Below are positions 28,709 to 39,063 of a stretch of 64,000 bases of DNA, one piece after another. The position numbers and the translations under genes were made by a program. Each line of letters starts with the position of its first letter. The first letter of the stretch is position 1. The stretch is from positions 4,114 to 68,113 of the forward strand of contig CALKAQ010000033.1 of assembly GCA_937983075.1 (NCBI GenBank), in the 5' to 3' direction. Source of the stretch: an uncultured bacterium. Lineage in GTDB: Bacteria; Bacillota; Limnochordia; DTU080; JAAYLA01. The notes under the pieces are model-generated. The model saw only the letters and a program-made list of their open reading frames with translations. It was not told the origin of the DNA and searched no databases.

Positions 28709-29447
28709 ATCCAAACGATCATCAATCACCGTATCGGAACACGTTGACAATCAGCCGATCATTCGCATCGAAAACGTTTCAAAACGCTTTCCCGGTGCAG
28801 ATGCACTGCGCGGCGTGTCGGTCGACATTCCGCAAGGAACATTTGTCGGGTTGTTGGGCCCGAATGGCAGCGGCAAGTCAACGTTGCTCAAACTGATCGC
28901 CGGTCTGCTTTATCCCGATGAAGGCCGCATCTTGATCGAGGGGAAGACACCGGGCAGGGCAACGAAGGCGCGTGTGGCCTATTTGCCGGAGATCGACCAC
29001 CTTTATCCAACGATGACCGTAAAACAAACGCTCGATTTTATGCGTGCCTTTTTTGCTGACTGGAGCCAGGAACGGGCTGAACGGCTCGTGGACTTCATGG
29101 ATTTGCCGCTGACGGCACGCGTAGGTCAGATGTCCAAAGGCATGCGGGGTCGGTTGCGCCTCGTGGTCACCTTGGCGCGTTCAGCACCAGTCGTCCTGTT
29201 GGACGAGCCGTTGTCCGGCATCGATCCGCCTTCGCGCAACCGCATTGTCAAGGCGATTTTGTCGGAGTACATCTCGGGCGAGCAGACGATGATTTTGTCG
29301 ACCCACGAAATTCACGAATCGGAACCGTTGTTTGAACAGCTTTTGTTTTTGGATCACGGCAAGCTCATTTTGCAAGGGGATGCCGAGTCGCTCCGGCAAC
29401 AATACGGGAAATCCATTCGCGACCTGCTCGAGGAGGTGTACGCGTGA
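28683..29447 (+). CDS. ABC transporter ATP-binding protein
   Basis: Walker A GPNGSGKST, signature and Walker B motifs; start overlaps regulator gene. Confidence 0.8.
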   Translation: MRMRATQIKSKRSSITVSEHVDNQPIIRIENVSKRFPGADALRGVSVDIPQGTFVGLLGPNGSGKSTLLKLIAGLLYPDEGRILIEGKTPGRATKARVAYLPEIDHLYPTMTVKQTLDFMRAFFADWSQERAERLVDFMDLPLTARVGQMSKGMRGRLRLVVTLARSAPVVLLDEPLSGIDPPSRNRIVKAILSEYISGEQTMILSTHEIHESEPLFEQLLFLDHGKLILQGDAESLRQQYGKSIRDLLEEVYA

Positions 29448-30202
29448 ACGCTTTTTGGCAGCTGGTGCGTCAAGACGTCAAACGCGCCTGGCCTACAGCC
29501 ACGGTCCTCATCGCCGCTTATGTGGTGTGGCTGATGATGATGTACCGCAGCTCACTCCAACCCGGTTTTCCTGTATTCGAAACGCTCATCACTCGAATCA
29601 TCCCCATTTACATTGCTGTTGGCATTTGGCACAGCATCCAACGTTTTAGTATCTGGAACTCCTCGCGCATGCATTTGCTGCTTTCCCTGCCGACTGCGGG
29701 AATGGTGGTGACGGGCGCAGCTTTTTTGGTCCTTTGGCTGGAGCTGGTTGCGTACGGGCTCATTGTTTTTGGCGGTGCCTCGTTGCTGAGCTCATTCAGC
29801 GGTTCCCCATTGTTGGGACTTGACGGCGAGGCCGTTGGCTGGATCAGCTGGTTGTCCATTTTCCTGCGTCTGCTCGTTTTCATCGCGCTCATTGCAGCGA
29901 TACTTATTTCCATTGCTCAGTTCAGTTGGCTTTTGGGACGTACTTTTCGCAGATATCACGCTCCGGTGAGCATCATCACCGCTTGCGGCTTGTTGTGGAT
30001 CTTCTTGCGGCTAGGCATGGCGATTGGGAGTTGGTCCACTTGGGATCTGCCTTTTACCCTTTATTTCCTCGCGGAAGGCTATGACGTGAGGGGGCTGATG
30101 CAAATAACCCTTAACATGCTGCCATTGCTCGCGATGCTGGCACTTGCCTATGTGCTTTTTTGGCTGGGCGCCCGACTGTTTGAAGCGAGAATCGAGGTGT
30201 AA
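29444..30202 (+). CDS. Integral membrane protein, probable ABC-2 type permease partner
   Basis: GTG start after GAGGAGGTG; 6 predicted TM segments; operon position after ATPase. Confidence 0.6.
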   Translation: MNAFWQLVRQDVKRAWPTATVLIAAYVVWLMMMYRSSLQPGFPVFETLITRIIPIYIAVGIWHSIQRFSIWNSSRMHLLLSLPTAGMVVTGAAFLVLWLELVAYGLIVFGGASLLSSFSGSPLLGLDGEAVGWISWLSIFLRLLVFIALIAAILISIAQFSWLLGRTFRRYHAPVSIITACGLLWIFLRLGMAIGSWSTWDLPFTLYFLAEGYDVRGLMQITLNMLPLLAMLALAYVLFWLGARLFEARIEV

Positions 30203-30204
30203 CC

Positions 30205-31131
30205 ATGGAGGTATTGAAGCGACCACATCATGTCTTCACCGGGTTGCTGCTCCTTTTGGCCGTGCTGATTGCTCTCGACGTCTATCGGACCGGTATCGCC
30301 AACATAGTTGACGGCTTCGGTCGGGCATTGAACGTACGCGTCGAATCGAACGTGCCGCGAATGGGCCGGGTTGAGTTAGCAATGGAAGACCTCATCCGCC
30401 TTCGCATCGAACCGACGCGTGCTGCAAGTGAGATCGCTTCACCGGAAGTCACCCTTTACTGGGAGCCGGTTCCGAATGCGGCGTACTACCGGATCGGCGT
30501 ATCGCCGGGGAGCGTTTCCGATTTGATCAGGGGAGATGCCGTGATCCGACCATTCGCGGAGACAACCGATTACGAGGTGCGAATTCGACTGGATGAGCTG
30601 CGTTGGACGTGGTGGGAGAGACAGTACGACGGTGCGTTGATTTCACCGACCACACTGCTGGGAGCGATCATTCCAGGTGAACGACTGCTCATCGTCGTCG
30701 ATGCGTACAGCGACGAAGGCGACCTCATTGGCAGCAGCGTGATTATCGAAAGAGGCGGATATGCGATGGCGGCGCATGTCTGGCACATTGCAACGGATGG
30801 AAGCACGGGACTGGCGTGGTCTGCGGAAGCGCGTGCCATTTTGGAGGGAAGGTATGAAGAGGCACTTCTCGGGTTGCAGCGGCGGTTGGCCCAAAACCCG
30901 TATGACGAAGAAGCGCTCCACATCCTTTTCCGGGCTTACTACTTCGGTATCGATCGAACTCGCCGTTATCAAAACCCTGAACTCGCCGTGTTTTACGGCA
31001 CGCGGTTGCTTGAGGTGCTGCCGCCGGGCGACGTGCGCGAAGGGTACCTGCAACGGACGTACGAGATGGCCAACAAGGCGAACATCGCTTGGATCGCTCC
31101 CGACGCCGGCGTTGGACAGGAGGGTGAATGA
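30205..31131 (+). CDS. Hypothetical membrane-anchored protein
   Basis: Single N-terminal TM then soluble domain; no recognised family. Confidence 0.5.
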   Translation: MEVLKRPHHVFTGLLLLLAVLIALDVYRTGIANIVDGFGRALNVRVESNVPRMGRVELAMEDLIRLRIEPTRAASEIASPEVTLYWEPVPNAAYYRIGVSPGSVSDLIRGDAVIRPFAETTDYEVRIRLDELRWTWWERQYDGALISPTTLLGAIIPGERLLIVVDAYSDEGDLIGSSVIIERGGYAMAAHVWHIATDGSTGLAWSAEARAILEGRYEEALLGLQRRLAQNPYDEEALHILFRAYYFGIDRTRRYQNPELAVFYGTRLLEVLPPGDVREGYLQRTYEMANKANIAWIAPDAGVGQEGE

Positions 31132-31928
31132 TGAACCGACCGTTTTTGGCACTGCTGCGCAAAGAATTCCATTTAGCAAAGTTCCGCATCGGGATGGTCA
31201 GCTTGGTGATCATTCTCCTCAACTTCGCCTTGTATTTGTTGGCGCTGCGTGGTTTGTACGCCACACCCTTGGGCATGCTTCAACTTCTAGTGATATTTCT
31301 TTTCGCCCTCTGGCGGGGATATGAGAGCATGCACGATGAGTGGGCCGGCGGTCAGGCAACACTCCTTCTGACACTGCCGATTCCGGGCTGGTACCATACG
31401 TTCGTCAAAACATTCGTTTCGCTGGCAGAAGTCGTGTGGTACGCCATACTCGTAACGGCGGGCACGTTTGTTTTGACTTTGCCGTCGGGAGACGCGTTTA
31501 TGATTTCCGGCTTCTATTTTGAAGCCGAATACGCTTTAACATCAAGTGTTCTGTGGAAAGTGTTTTTTTGGATGATCTTCAATTTTGCAAGGATATATTT
31601 CATCCTCATCAGCATCACGCAGATTGCTTTTGTGGTCGGGCGTACAGTATCGCAACGGCGCGGAATCGCTGCGCTGTTCGGCGGCGGAGTCTTTTTGTGG
31701 TTCATTGACCGCGTGGGGGTGCTTTTGGCCCCGGCCTTTGCATGGCTGCCGCGAGTATACGGCACGAGCTTCATGGCGGTTTCGACCTCCAGTATGGGGA
31801 TTGCTTCAAGCCATTTGTCGTTGGATCTCAATCCAACCCCGAGCGGCGAAATTGCCGGACTCTTCATCGCAACGATTCTCGCCTATTTGATCGTCGGTTG
31901 GCTCCTCGAGCGTCGAGCACAACTTTGA
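31128..31928 (+). CDS. Integral membrane protein (possible second permease)
   Basis: Start overlaps upstream stop (ATGA); multiple TM helices. Confidence 0.55.
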   Translation: MMNRPFLALLRKEFHLAKFRIGMVSLVIILLNFALYLLALRGLYATPLGMLQLLVIFLFALWRGYESMHDEWAGGQATLLLTLPIPGWYHTFVKTFVSLAEVVWYAILVTAGTFVLTLPSGDAFMISGFYFEAEYALTSSVLWKVFFWMIFNFARIYFILISITQIAFVVGRTVSQRRGIAALFGGGVFLWFIDRVGVLLAPAFAWLPRVYGTSFMAVSTSSMGIASSHLSLDLNPTPSGEIAGLFIATILAYLIVGWLLERRAQL

Positions 31929-31942
31929 AAGGTGGAGACGAA

Positions 31943-33142
31943 TTGCGCAAGCATCTGGGTATATGGCTGATATGGATTACGCTTGTTGCCGTTGCCGCCG
32001 CTGACGTTGCAGTCAACGGCTGGCATGCCATCTTCTCTACGGAAGACGCGCTCGATGCATCACTGGGGACGTCTGCGGCGAATGCGGCACGAATTTCGCA
32101 CATCGCCATGGGGCGCGAATATACAACGAGCGTTGCTGCAGCGGACGTGGAACGTCTGGTGATTGACAATCCGGCCGGATCGGTTGTGGTGCACGGTATG
32201 GCGAATAACGACAACATCGAGCTGCAAGCATGGCTGATTGTGTATACGAACGATGAGAACGAAAGCAAGGAAGTGTTGGAACAAACTCAATTCACGGTTG
32301 TGATGGATCATGGAGTCCTTCGCCCCGAGCTGGATCCGGATCCGGGTACACTTTTATCCGCGGATTCGCCTTGGGACGTTTTGTGGGAAATTTCGGTGCC
32401 TAGCCATATCCATGTTGACATTGTAAACCGCTACGGACCGGTGCGCGTGCAAGGATTATCCGGAGCGTTGCATGTCACGAACGAGCGCGATCTTGTCGAC
32501 ATCAGCGAAGTCGAAGGTACGGTCCACGTTGTCCTCTACGACGGTCAGCTCGAAGTGCAGCAAGTCGACGGGGCGATCGTTGTGGAGGCAAGCAACAGTG
32601 AGCTGCATTTGAGCTCAGTCACTGGATCCATTGAACTCGAAGCCTCGGATTCCGACATCACGGGCAGTATGTTTCACGGCCATTCTCACCTGAATGTGAC
32701 GTCGGGACACATCCACTTGAGCGAATTTTCGGGTGATATCGCCCTGCGTTTGGTCGATACGAGTATGTTTGCGCGAACGACGCAGCCGTTTGAGACATTG
32801 AGCGCCGATATCATTGGGCAAAACGCTGTTTTCGAATTCCCTGACAACGAAGCCGTCGGTGAGATGGATGTACGTGTCGAGTCTTCGCACGTCGCATTCT
32901 TGATTCCACCGCCTGTCGATCATACATTCAATATTCATGTAAGACGGGGAGCCAGATTGGTATCCGAGTGGGATTTCGAATTGGCAGCAGAAGACGGGGG
33001 GAAGCTGTATCGCGCTGTGTTCGGAGAAGGCAGTCATTTGTTTACGATCGAGGCGGTCAATGGAGCCCGTGTCAATTTAGGATTGCCTCAATCGAACCGT
33101 GAAATCAGGATGTTCATCGAACAGAACATCCTGAGTCCCTAA
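31943..33142 (+). CDS. DUF4097 (LiaG/YvlB-like putative adhesin beta-helix) domain protein with N-terminal membrane anchor
   Basis: TTG start after GGTGGAG; N-terminal TM; repetitive V-x-V-x beta-strand pattern (VHVT, VHVVLYDGQLEV, LHLSSVTGSIELEASDSDI) typical of DUF4097. Confidence 0.65.
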   Translation: MRKHLGIWLIWITLVAVAAADVAVNGWHAIFSTEDALDASLGTSAANAARISHIAMGREYTTSVAAADVERLVIDNPAGSVVVHGMANNDNIELQAWLIVYTNDENESKEVLEQTQFTVVMDHGVLRPELDPDPGTLLSADSPWDVLWEISVPSHIHVDIVNRYGPVRVQGLSGALHVTNERDLVDISEVEGTVHVVLYDGQLEVQQVDGAIVVEASNSELHLSSVTGSIELEASDSDITGSMFHGHSHLNVTSGHIHLSEFSGDIALRLVDTSMFARTTQPFETLSADIIGQNAVFEFPDNEAVGEMDVRVESSHVAFLIPPPVDHTFNIHVRRGARLVSEWDFELAAEDGGKLYRAVFGEGSHLFTIEAVNGARVNLGLPQSNREIRMFIEQNILSP

Positions 33143-33167
33143 TGTCGAGGTGATGCGAGCCACGCAG

Positions 33168-35099
33168 TCACATGTACCAAATTTCCTCGACGCATTCGGG
33201 TGGAATTTCATCCAGAAAGATGGAAGGAAGGCAGTCGACCGGCTCGCCGTGGCGCAAACGGGATTCGGCGTAGGTCAGGGTGAGCACCTCCATCGCCCGG
33301 GTCATGCCGACGTAGCAAAGCCGGCGTTCTTCTTCCAAGGCAAAGGTGTCACCGAGCGTCCTTTCGTGCGGAAAAATCCTTTCTTCCATGCCGATCATGA
33401 AGACGACGGGAAATTCCAATCCCTTCGAGGCGTGCACGGTCATGAGCGTGATCATATCGGCGTTGTCATCGTCCTGATCGATGTCCGTCAACAACGATAC
33501 ATAGTCGAGAAACTGTTTGAGCGTGCCTTCATCGCCATGGCGGCGATCGAATTCAGCGCCTAAACGAGCGAACTCTTCGATGTTTTCCAGGCGTTCGCGG
33601 TCTTTTTCTTTGGATGAATCAAACATGCTGCGGTATCCGAATCGATCGAAAATCGCGCGCAGCAAGTCGCTGATACTGAGAAAGTCTTGCTGCAAATGAT
33701 ACTCTTCGATCATCGCTGTAAAGCGTTGCATTGCGAGAGCCGGCACTCCAGTCACACCGGCTGCCTCGCTGTGCTTCAAGGCTTCAAAAAGTGAGCACTC
33801 GTGCTCGTTGGCATATTGTGCATACTTTTGGAGCGTTTTGGCACCGACGCCGCGCTTGGGAAGGTTGATGACGCGCTGCAGGCTCAGCGAATCTTGCGGA
33901 TTGTGGATCAGGCGCAAGTAAGCGAGAATGTCTTTCACTTCTTTGCGGTCGTAGTAGCGCATGCCGCCGACGATGCGATAGGGAATTCGGTGCTTCAGGC
34001 ATTCTTCTTCGACAACCCGTGATTGATGATTGGTACGATACAAAATAGCGATGTCCGAAAAACGGTACCGCTGGCGCAGAAAAAGGATTTCGCTCATCAC
34101 CCAGGCGGCTTCGTGGCGGTCCGACGGGCAGCGGCAAATGCGAACGGGTTCGCCGCGGCCGTTCTCGGTCCAAAGACGCTTTTTGATTTGGTTGGGGTTG
34201 CGCGAGATCACGGCGTTCGCCGCGTCGAGAATCATTTGGGTAGAACGGTAGTTTTGCTCCAGCTTGATCACTCGCGCGTCGGGGTAGTCTTTTTGGAAAT
34301 TGAGGATGTTTGAGATGTCGGCCAGTCGAAAACTATACACTGATTGAAAGTCATCGCCGACGACGCACAAATTGCGGTATTTCGCCGCCAGCTGTTGAAT
34401 CAACGCGTATTGCAAATGGTTGGTGTCTTGATACTCGTCGACCATGATGTAGCGAAACCGTTCTTGATAGACGTCAAGCACATCGGGGTGCTCGCGGAAC
34501 AACCGCAGCGTCAAAAGGAGGAGGTCGTCGAAGTCGACGGCATTTTGCTCTCTCAGTTTGCGCTGATAAAGGCGATACACTTGGGCAATCTGCCGCTCTG
34601 ACGAACCCGAAGCTTGGGCTGCGTACTCCTCCGGCGTGAGAAAACGGTTTTTCGCCCGGCCAATCGCCGTGCGATAATAGGCGGGTTCTTTGGCTTCCTT
34701 GCCCAATGAGGCGAGGCATTCTTTAATCAGCGCATTTTGGTCGGCATCATCAAAAATAGAAAAGTTCGGGTCGAACCCTAACTGATCGATGTCGGCACGC
34801 AGTATACGGACGCACATGGCGTGGAACGTACAAATCCAGGCGCCACGTGCTTCATTGCCGGTCAGGCGGGCGATGCGTTCACGCATTTCCCGCGCGGCCT
34901 TGTTGGTAAATGTTACCGCCAAAATTTGTTCCGGATGGACTTGCTCATTTTCGATCAGATGTGCAATACGATGGGTGATAACTCGAGTCTTACCCGAACC
35001 GGCACCTGCAATGACCATCACCGGACCTTCGGTAGTCAACACGGCCTCGCGCTGTGGTTCATTCAAGCCTTCCAGAAGAGTGGCGTTGAGCAGAGCCAT
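33168..35099 (-). CDS. UvrD/Rep/PcrA-family ATP-dependent DNA helicase
   Basis: GAGSGKT Walker A, helicase motifs throughout; ATG after GGAGGT. Confidence 0.85.
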   Translation of the reverse strand: MALLNATLLEGLNEPQREAVLTTEGPVMVIAGAGSGKTRVITHRIAHLIENEQVHPEQILAVTFTNKAAREMRERIARLTGNEARGAWICTFHAMCVRILRADIDQLGFDPNFSIFDDADQNALIKECLASLGKEAKEPAYYRTAIGRAKNRFLTPEEYAAQASGSSERQIAQVYRLYQRKLREQNAVDFDDLLLLTLRLFREHPDVLDVYQERFRYIMVDEYQDTNHLQYALIQQLAAKYRNLCVVGDDFQSVYSFRLADISNILNFQKDYPDARVIKLEQNYRSTQMILDAANAVISRNPNQIKKRLWTENGRGEPVRICRCPSDRHEAAWVMSEILFLRQRYRFSDIAILYRTNHQSRVVEEECLKHRIPYRIVGGMRYYDRKEVKDILAYLRLIHNPQDSLSLQRVINLPKRGVGAKTLQKYAQYANEHECSLFEALKHSEAAGVTGVPALAMQRFTAMIEEYHLQQDFLSISDLLRAIFDRFGYRSMFDSSKEKDRERLENIEEFARLGAEFDRRHGDEGTLKQFLDYVSLLTDIDQDDDNADMITLMTVHASKGLEFPVVFMIGMEERIFPHERTLGDTFALEEERRLCYVGMTRAMEVLTLTYAESRLRHGEPVDCLPSIFLDEIPPECVEEIWYM

Positions 35100-35503
35100 C
35101 GTCGAAGACCTCCAGCTTTGCAATGCGAGTACAAAATCGGGAAGTTTGTATCATCCATAACCATGCGAAGAGGGGCGAAGTCGTTGCAGTGTTGTCCAAA
35201 CCTTTGCGGGTATGCAGACGAAAACGGCCTTTATTCTAGCACAGGGCTAGGAGGCAGAGCAACGATCATGACAATCATTTCGGCAGCACGCTGGGACGAC
35301 AGGCATCCCATCGATACAAGAGGATTGGCGTTCCTGGAGTTTTTGGTCTATAATGACGTGGGTTACAATTCCTCCAAACCACCGTCATCCGCAGCAGTAC
35401 GGATTGGCCGACAACCGGATGAAACACCATCACAATAATGTCGCCTCGAGCCGGAAACCCGTTCGGTTCGCCGCCATGGTGTGCCAGTCAGGAGAGTTTC
35501 GCT

Positions 35504-37390
35504 ATGCATATGCAAATTGATGAAGAACTGAGAACCATGCTTCCCAGTGATTTACAGCAGTTGCTTGACACTTGTGTCGAAGTAACCATGCCGAAGAATC
35601 GGGAAGAGTTGATATACTACGCCTTCGGACGTTCTCATGAATCCGACTACTATGAAGTCGGGTACGACGTTCCTGGCAAAGGTTTTGTGGTTGAAGCGAC
35701 GTTAGCACGTTGTACCAACGGAATCGCAGTGAATTATACGGATCCGTATATGCGCCGCCGTGATCCGGACTCCATGTTGATCGGAGACGATGGAGTTACG
35801 GATAAAGAACGGTACATTGAGCGTTACGGCAAGCCATTCGAAGAACTGCGGCGCGAAAGCCTCGAATGGCTCAGAACACAACGCCTGATTGTGCTTTTCT
35901 TTCGGGCGGGGGGCAGCGCAGTCAACTGCCCGTCGGTGTTGGTTGCTCCGGAAAACGCCGCTTTCTTTGCCTTGGCGCTTGCCGACTTGCAAGGACATGT
36001 CCCGCCGGACGAAGTCGACGAATCGTTCCGAGTGAAGTCGGTCATTTACCTTGCGCCGCCGTTTCGCCTGACGCATTTCAACGGAGAGCAAGTGGTTGTA
36101 CATAACCGACTTGCCGATGTGCATGAAATTTTCTCCTACAACTTGTATCCTGGACCGAGCGCGAAAAAAGGCGTTTACGGCGCGCTGCTGGCTTTAGGCG
36201 AAGAGGAAGGCTGGGTAACCAATCACGCTGCGACCGTTCAACTGGTAACGCCGTACGACAACACGTTCACGATCATGCATGAAGGAGCCAGTGGCAGCGG
36301 CAAGAGCGAAATTCTGGAGGAAATGCACAGGCAGCCGGACGGTCGCGTCAAAGTAGGGGAAAACGTCGTTACCGGTGAAGAGCTGATCATCAACATCGGA
36401 GACACTTGCACGCTGCACCGTGTGACCGATGACATGGCTCTCGCCCATCCGAACTTTCAGGGAGATCCGCGCAAACTGCAGGTGAGCGACGCGGAACACG
36501 GGTGGTTTTTGCGAATCGACCACATCCGGGAATACGGTACGGCACCGCTGTACGAAAAGCTGACGATTCATCCGAAAGAACCGTTGCTCTTCTTGAACAT
36601 CCGCGGTGTTCCGGGAGCTACGTGTTTGATCTGGGAACATACGGAAGACGCTCCCGGCAAGCCGTGTCCGAACCCGCGAGTCATTTTGCCGCGCAAAATG
36701 ATGCCCGGTGTCGTCGATGGGCCGGTGTCGGTCGACGTGCGCAGCTTTGGCATACGGACGCCGAAGTGCACACGGGAAGAACCGTCGTATGGCATCGTAG
36801 GCATGCTGCACATTTTACCGCCGGCATTGGCTTGGCTGTGGCGCCTCGTCGCTCCGCGAGGGCACGACAATCCAAGCATCACCGAGAGCAAGGGATTGCA
36901 GAGCGAAGGCGTCGGCTCATACTGGCCTTTTGCGACGGGTCGACGCGTGACGCACGCCAACTTGCTTTTGGACCAAATTCGTTCGGTGCCCGGTACTCGG
37001 TATGTACTCTTCCCGAACCAATATATTGGTGCGTGGAAAGTCGGCTTCATGCCGGAGTGGATCGGGCGCGAGTATTTGGCCCGTAGGGGAACCGCACGCA
37101 TGCGTCCTGAGCAAGTGGTTCCATCACGCTCGCCGCTTCTCGGTTATGCGCTTCGCTCGCTTCGCGTCGACGGCAATCCGATTCCGGCCGGGCTGCTTGA
37201 AGTCGATCGTCAGCCTGAAGTCGGTCCCGAAGCGTTCGACGCTGGCGCACGCATGCTGCAGCAATTTTTCGCTGAGACTTTGGAGCCTTACTTGGAAGCG
37301 GATCTCGACCCCTTGGGACGGCGCATCATTGAATGCTGTCTCGAAGGCGGCGACGTCGAAGACTACGAACGTCTGTTGCCAATGGAATAA
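35504..37390 (+). CDS. Large P-loop protein of unknown function (Walker A GASGSGKSE reminiscent of HPr kinase/PEPCK-type P-loops)
   Basis: ATG after CAGGAGAG; 628 aa; single recognisable nucleotide-binding motif; no family assignment possible by eye. Confidence 0.55.
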   Translation: MHMQIDEELRTMLPSDLQQLLDTCVEVTMPKNREELIYYAFGRSHESDYYEVGYDVPGKGFVVEATLARCTNGIAVNYTDPYMRRRDPDSMLIGDDGVTDKERYIERYGKPFEELRRESLEWLRTQRLIVLFFRAGGSAVNCPSVLVAPENAAFFALALADLQGHVPPDEVDESFRVKSVIYLAPPFRLTHFNGEQVVVHNRLADVHEIFSYNLYPGPSAKKGVYGALLALGEEEGWVTNHAATVQLVTPYDNTFTIMHEGASGSGKSEILEEMHRQPDGRVKVGENVVTGEELIINIGDTCTLHRVTDDMALAHPNFQGDPRKLQVSDAEHGWFLRIDHIREYGTAPLYEKLTIHPKEPLLFLNIRGVPGATCLIWEHTEDAPGKPCPNPRVILPRKMMPGVVDGPVSVDVRSFGIRTPKCTREEPSYGIVGMLHILPPALAWLWRLVAPRGHDNPSITESKGLQSEGVGSYWPFATGRRVTHANLLLDQIRSVPGTRYVLFPNQYIGAWKVGFMPEWIGREYLARRGTARMRPEQVVPSRSPLLGYALRSLRVDGNPIPAGLLEVDRQPEVGPEAFDAGARMLQQFFAETLEPYLEADLDPLGRRIIECCLEGGDVEDYERLLPME

Positions 37391-37561
37391 AACCATCATA
37401 CGCCGCATTGGTTGGGGCAAAATGAAGCGGCGCTCTCGTTGGCTGAGGGCGCCGCTTTGCTTTTCTGGGAGAAATGTCCCTACCGTGTGCATAGTTAGAA
37501 AGGGTACCATACATATGCTAGCAGACGGTCATCAGGCCAAGTGACGGGTAGGAGTGAAGGC

Positions 37562-38770
37562 ATGAAAAGCGAAACGGCCGAGTTGACTCTTCAATCAGCG
37601 ATCGCCAAGCGAAAGCCCACAGCTCTCATGCTCGGTGGCTTGCTGTTTGTCGCGTTTTTTGACACGTTCACACAGCTGCCCCTTGCAGCGCCGTACGCCG
37701 AATCATTAGGCGCTCAAGGTTTTTGGATCGGTTTCATTTTTGGTACATACTCAATCACCAATGCGGTAGGGAATGTTTTTGCCGGGTGGATTCTGGATCA
37801 TGTCGGCCGCAAGCTACCGCTTTGCGTCGGCTTTTTAGGTGCCGGTACCGCTGTAGCGTTGTATGGCACTGCGAACTCCCCGGAAATGCTCTTTGTCATT
37901 CGAGCGATTCACGGGCTTTTGGGCGGCTTGCTCGTCCCGACGGTATTCACCATCAACGCCGACTGGGCCGAGAAAGCCGAGCATCGCCGGGCTTCCGGGC
38001 GCATCGGCATGAGCATCGGCATTGCCGCTTTGGTCGGACCTTCTTTGGCCGGAATTCTCGGTGATCGACTTGGTGCCCCCACGGTATTTGTCATTGTCGG
38101 CGTCTCGTTGATGCTCGCTGGGCTATGGGTGACACGTTGGAACTTTCTGGACCGCTCACCGGAAGAGCGTGAAGAAGCCGTGCTGGTTCAAAAGGCCGGT
38201 AAACGCGAGCCTTTTGTGTGGACCAACGAGATGTTGTTGACAGCCACCATCGGCGCCTTGCTGCTCACGTCCTGCCTGGGCTCGCTGACGGTTGTATTGC
38301 CGTTGGAACTGACTGCGGCCGGATACTCCAGCGCTGCAACCGGTGCTGCATTCAGCGCTTTTGCCGTCACAGCAATGCTCGTCATGCTGTTGGGAAATCG
38401 TCTCCTCAATTTTGCCACAGACGGCGTCAACATTGGCATCGGATTCGCTGCGATCTCACTCGCCTTCATGATCTTCTCCGTTTGGCCTGGGCTGATCGGC
38501 GCCATCGTGGCGATGGCCGTGTTCGGCATGGGGTTCGGCGTGCTGTTCCCGCCATTGAACGCGCTCGTGGGAGACGGCAATGCGGCTTCAGCCAGGGGAC
38601 GCTCGTATGGTTTGTTTTATGCCGGTTTTTCCGGTGGCTTTATCGTTGCCCCGCCAGTGGCAGGGTGGCTTGCCGAAACGGCGGGTTCCAGTTGGGTTTT
38701 CGTCGGATTGGCCATGTTGGCGCTCGCTGCGACCATCCGCATGTGGCGCAGCTCGTTGCCGCGGGCATGA
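37562..38770 (+). CDS. MFS transporter
   Basis: 12 TM segments, MFS motif GxLxDxxGRKL after TM2. Confidence 0.8.
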   Translation: MKSETAELTLQSAIAKRKPTALMLGGLLFVAFFDTFTQLPLAAPYAESLGAQGFWIGFIFGTYSITNAVGNVFAGWILDHVGRKLPLCVGFLGAGTAVALYGTANSPEMLFVIRAIHGLLGGLLVPTVFTINADWAEKAEHRRASGRIGMSIGIAALVGPSLAGILGDRLGAPTVFVIVGVSLMLAGLWVTRWNFLDRSPEEREEAVLVQKAGKREPFVWTNEMLLTATIGALLLTSCLGSLTVVLPLELTAAGYSSAATGAAFSAFAVTAMLVMLLGNRLLNFATDGVNIGIGFAAISLAFMIFSVWPGLIGAIVAMAVFGMGFGVLFPPLNALVGDGNAASARGRSYGLFYAGFSGGFIVAPPVAGWLAETAGSSWVFVGLAMLALAATIRMWRSSLPRA

Positions 38771-39063
38771 GGCAAAGCATATGGGTGAAAAGGGAGATGC
38801 CATGATCTCCGCTGTTTCATTGTGAAAGGCAAAGTGAAGGTCTATAGGCTGTCGGCAAATGGCAGCGAGCGGATTTGGCGTGTCCTTGGAGGACGGCGAA
38901 CGCATCGCCGACGTGCCTTTTTTCGATGGCGGTGGTTACCCGGCAAGCGCCCAAGTCATGGAAGTTTCGGATATTGTCTTTATTCGCTGCGACGCCCGAA
39001 TGGCAAAAGGGAGCACCGCCATTCGGGCGTTTTCAGCATGACGAAGAGAGGGATCAATCCCAT

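Noticed and set aside
31742-31942. Long 5' extension of the DUF4097 gene (track ORF 31742..33142) overlapping the preceding membrane-protein gene by 187 nt
   Set aside because: The extension lies inside the upstream gene in another frame. A TTG at 31943 with a GGTGGAG RBS immediately after the upstream stop gives a sensible membrane-anchored N-terminus.
34821-35438. 205-aa plus-strand ORF spanning the helicase 5' end and the downstream leader
   Set aside because: Mostly antisense to the UvrD-like helicase. No RBS. Composition typical of an out-of-frame artefact.
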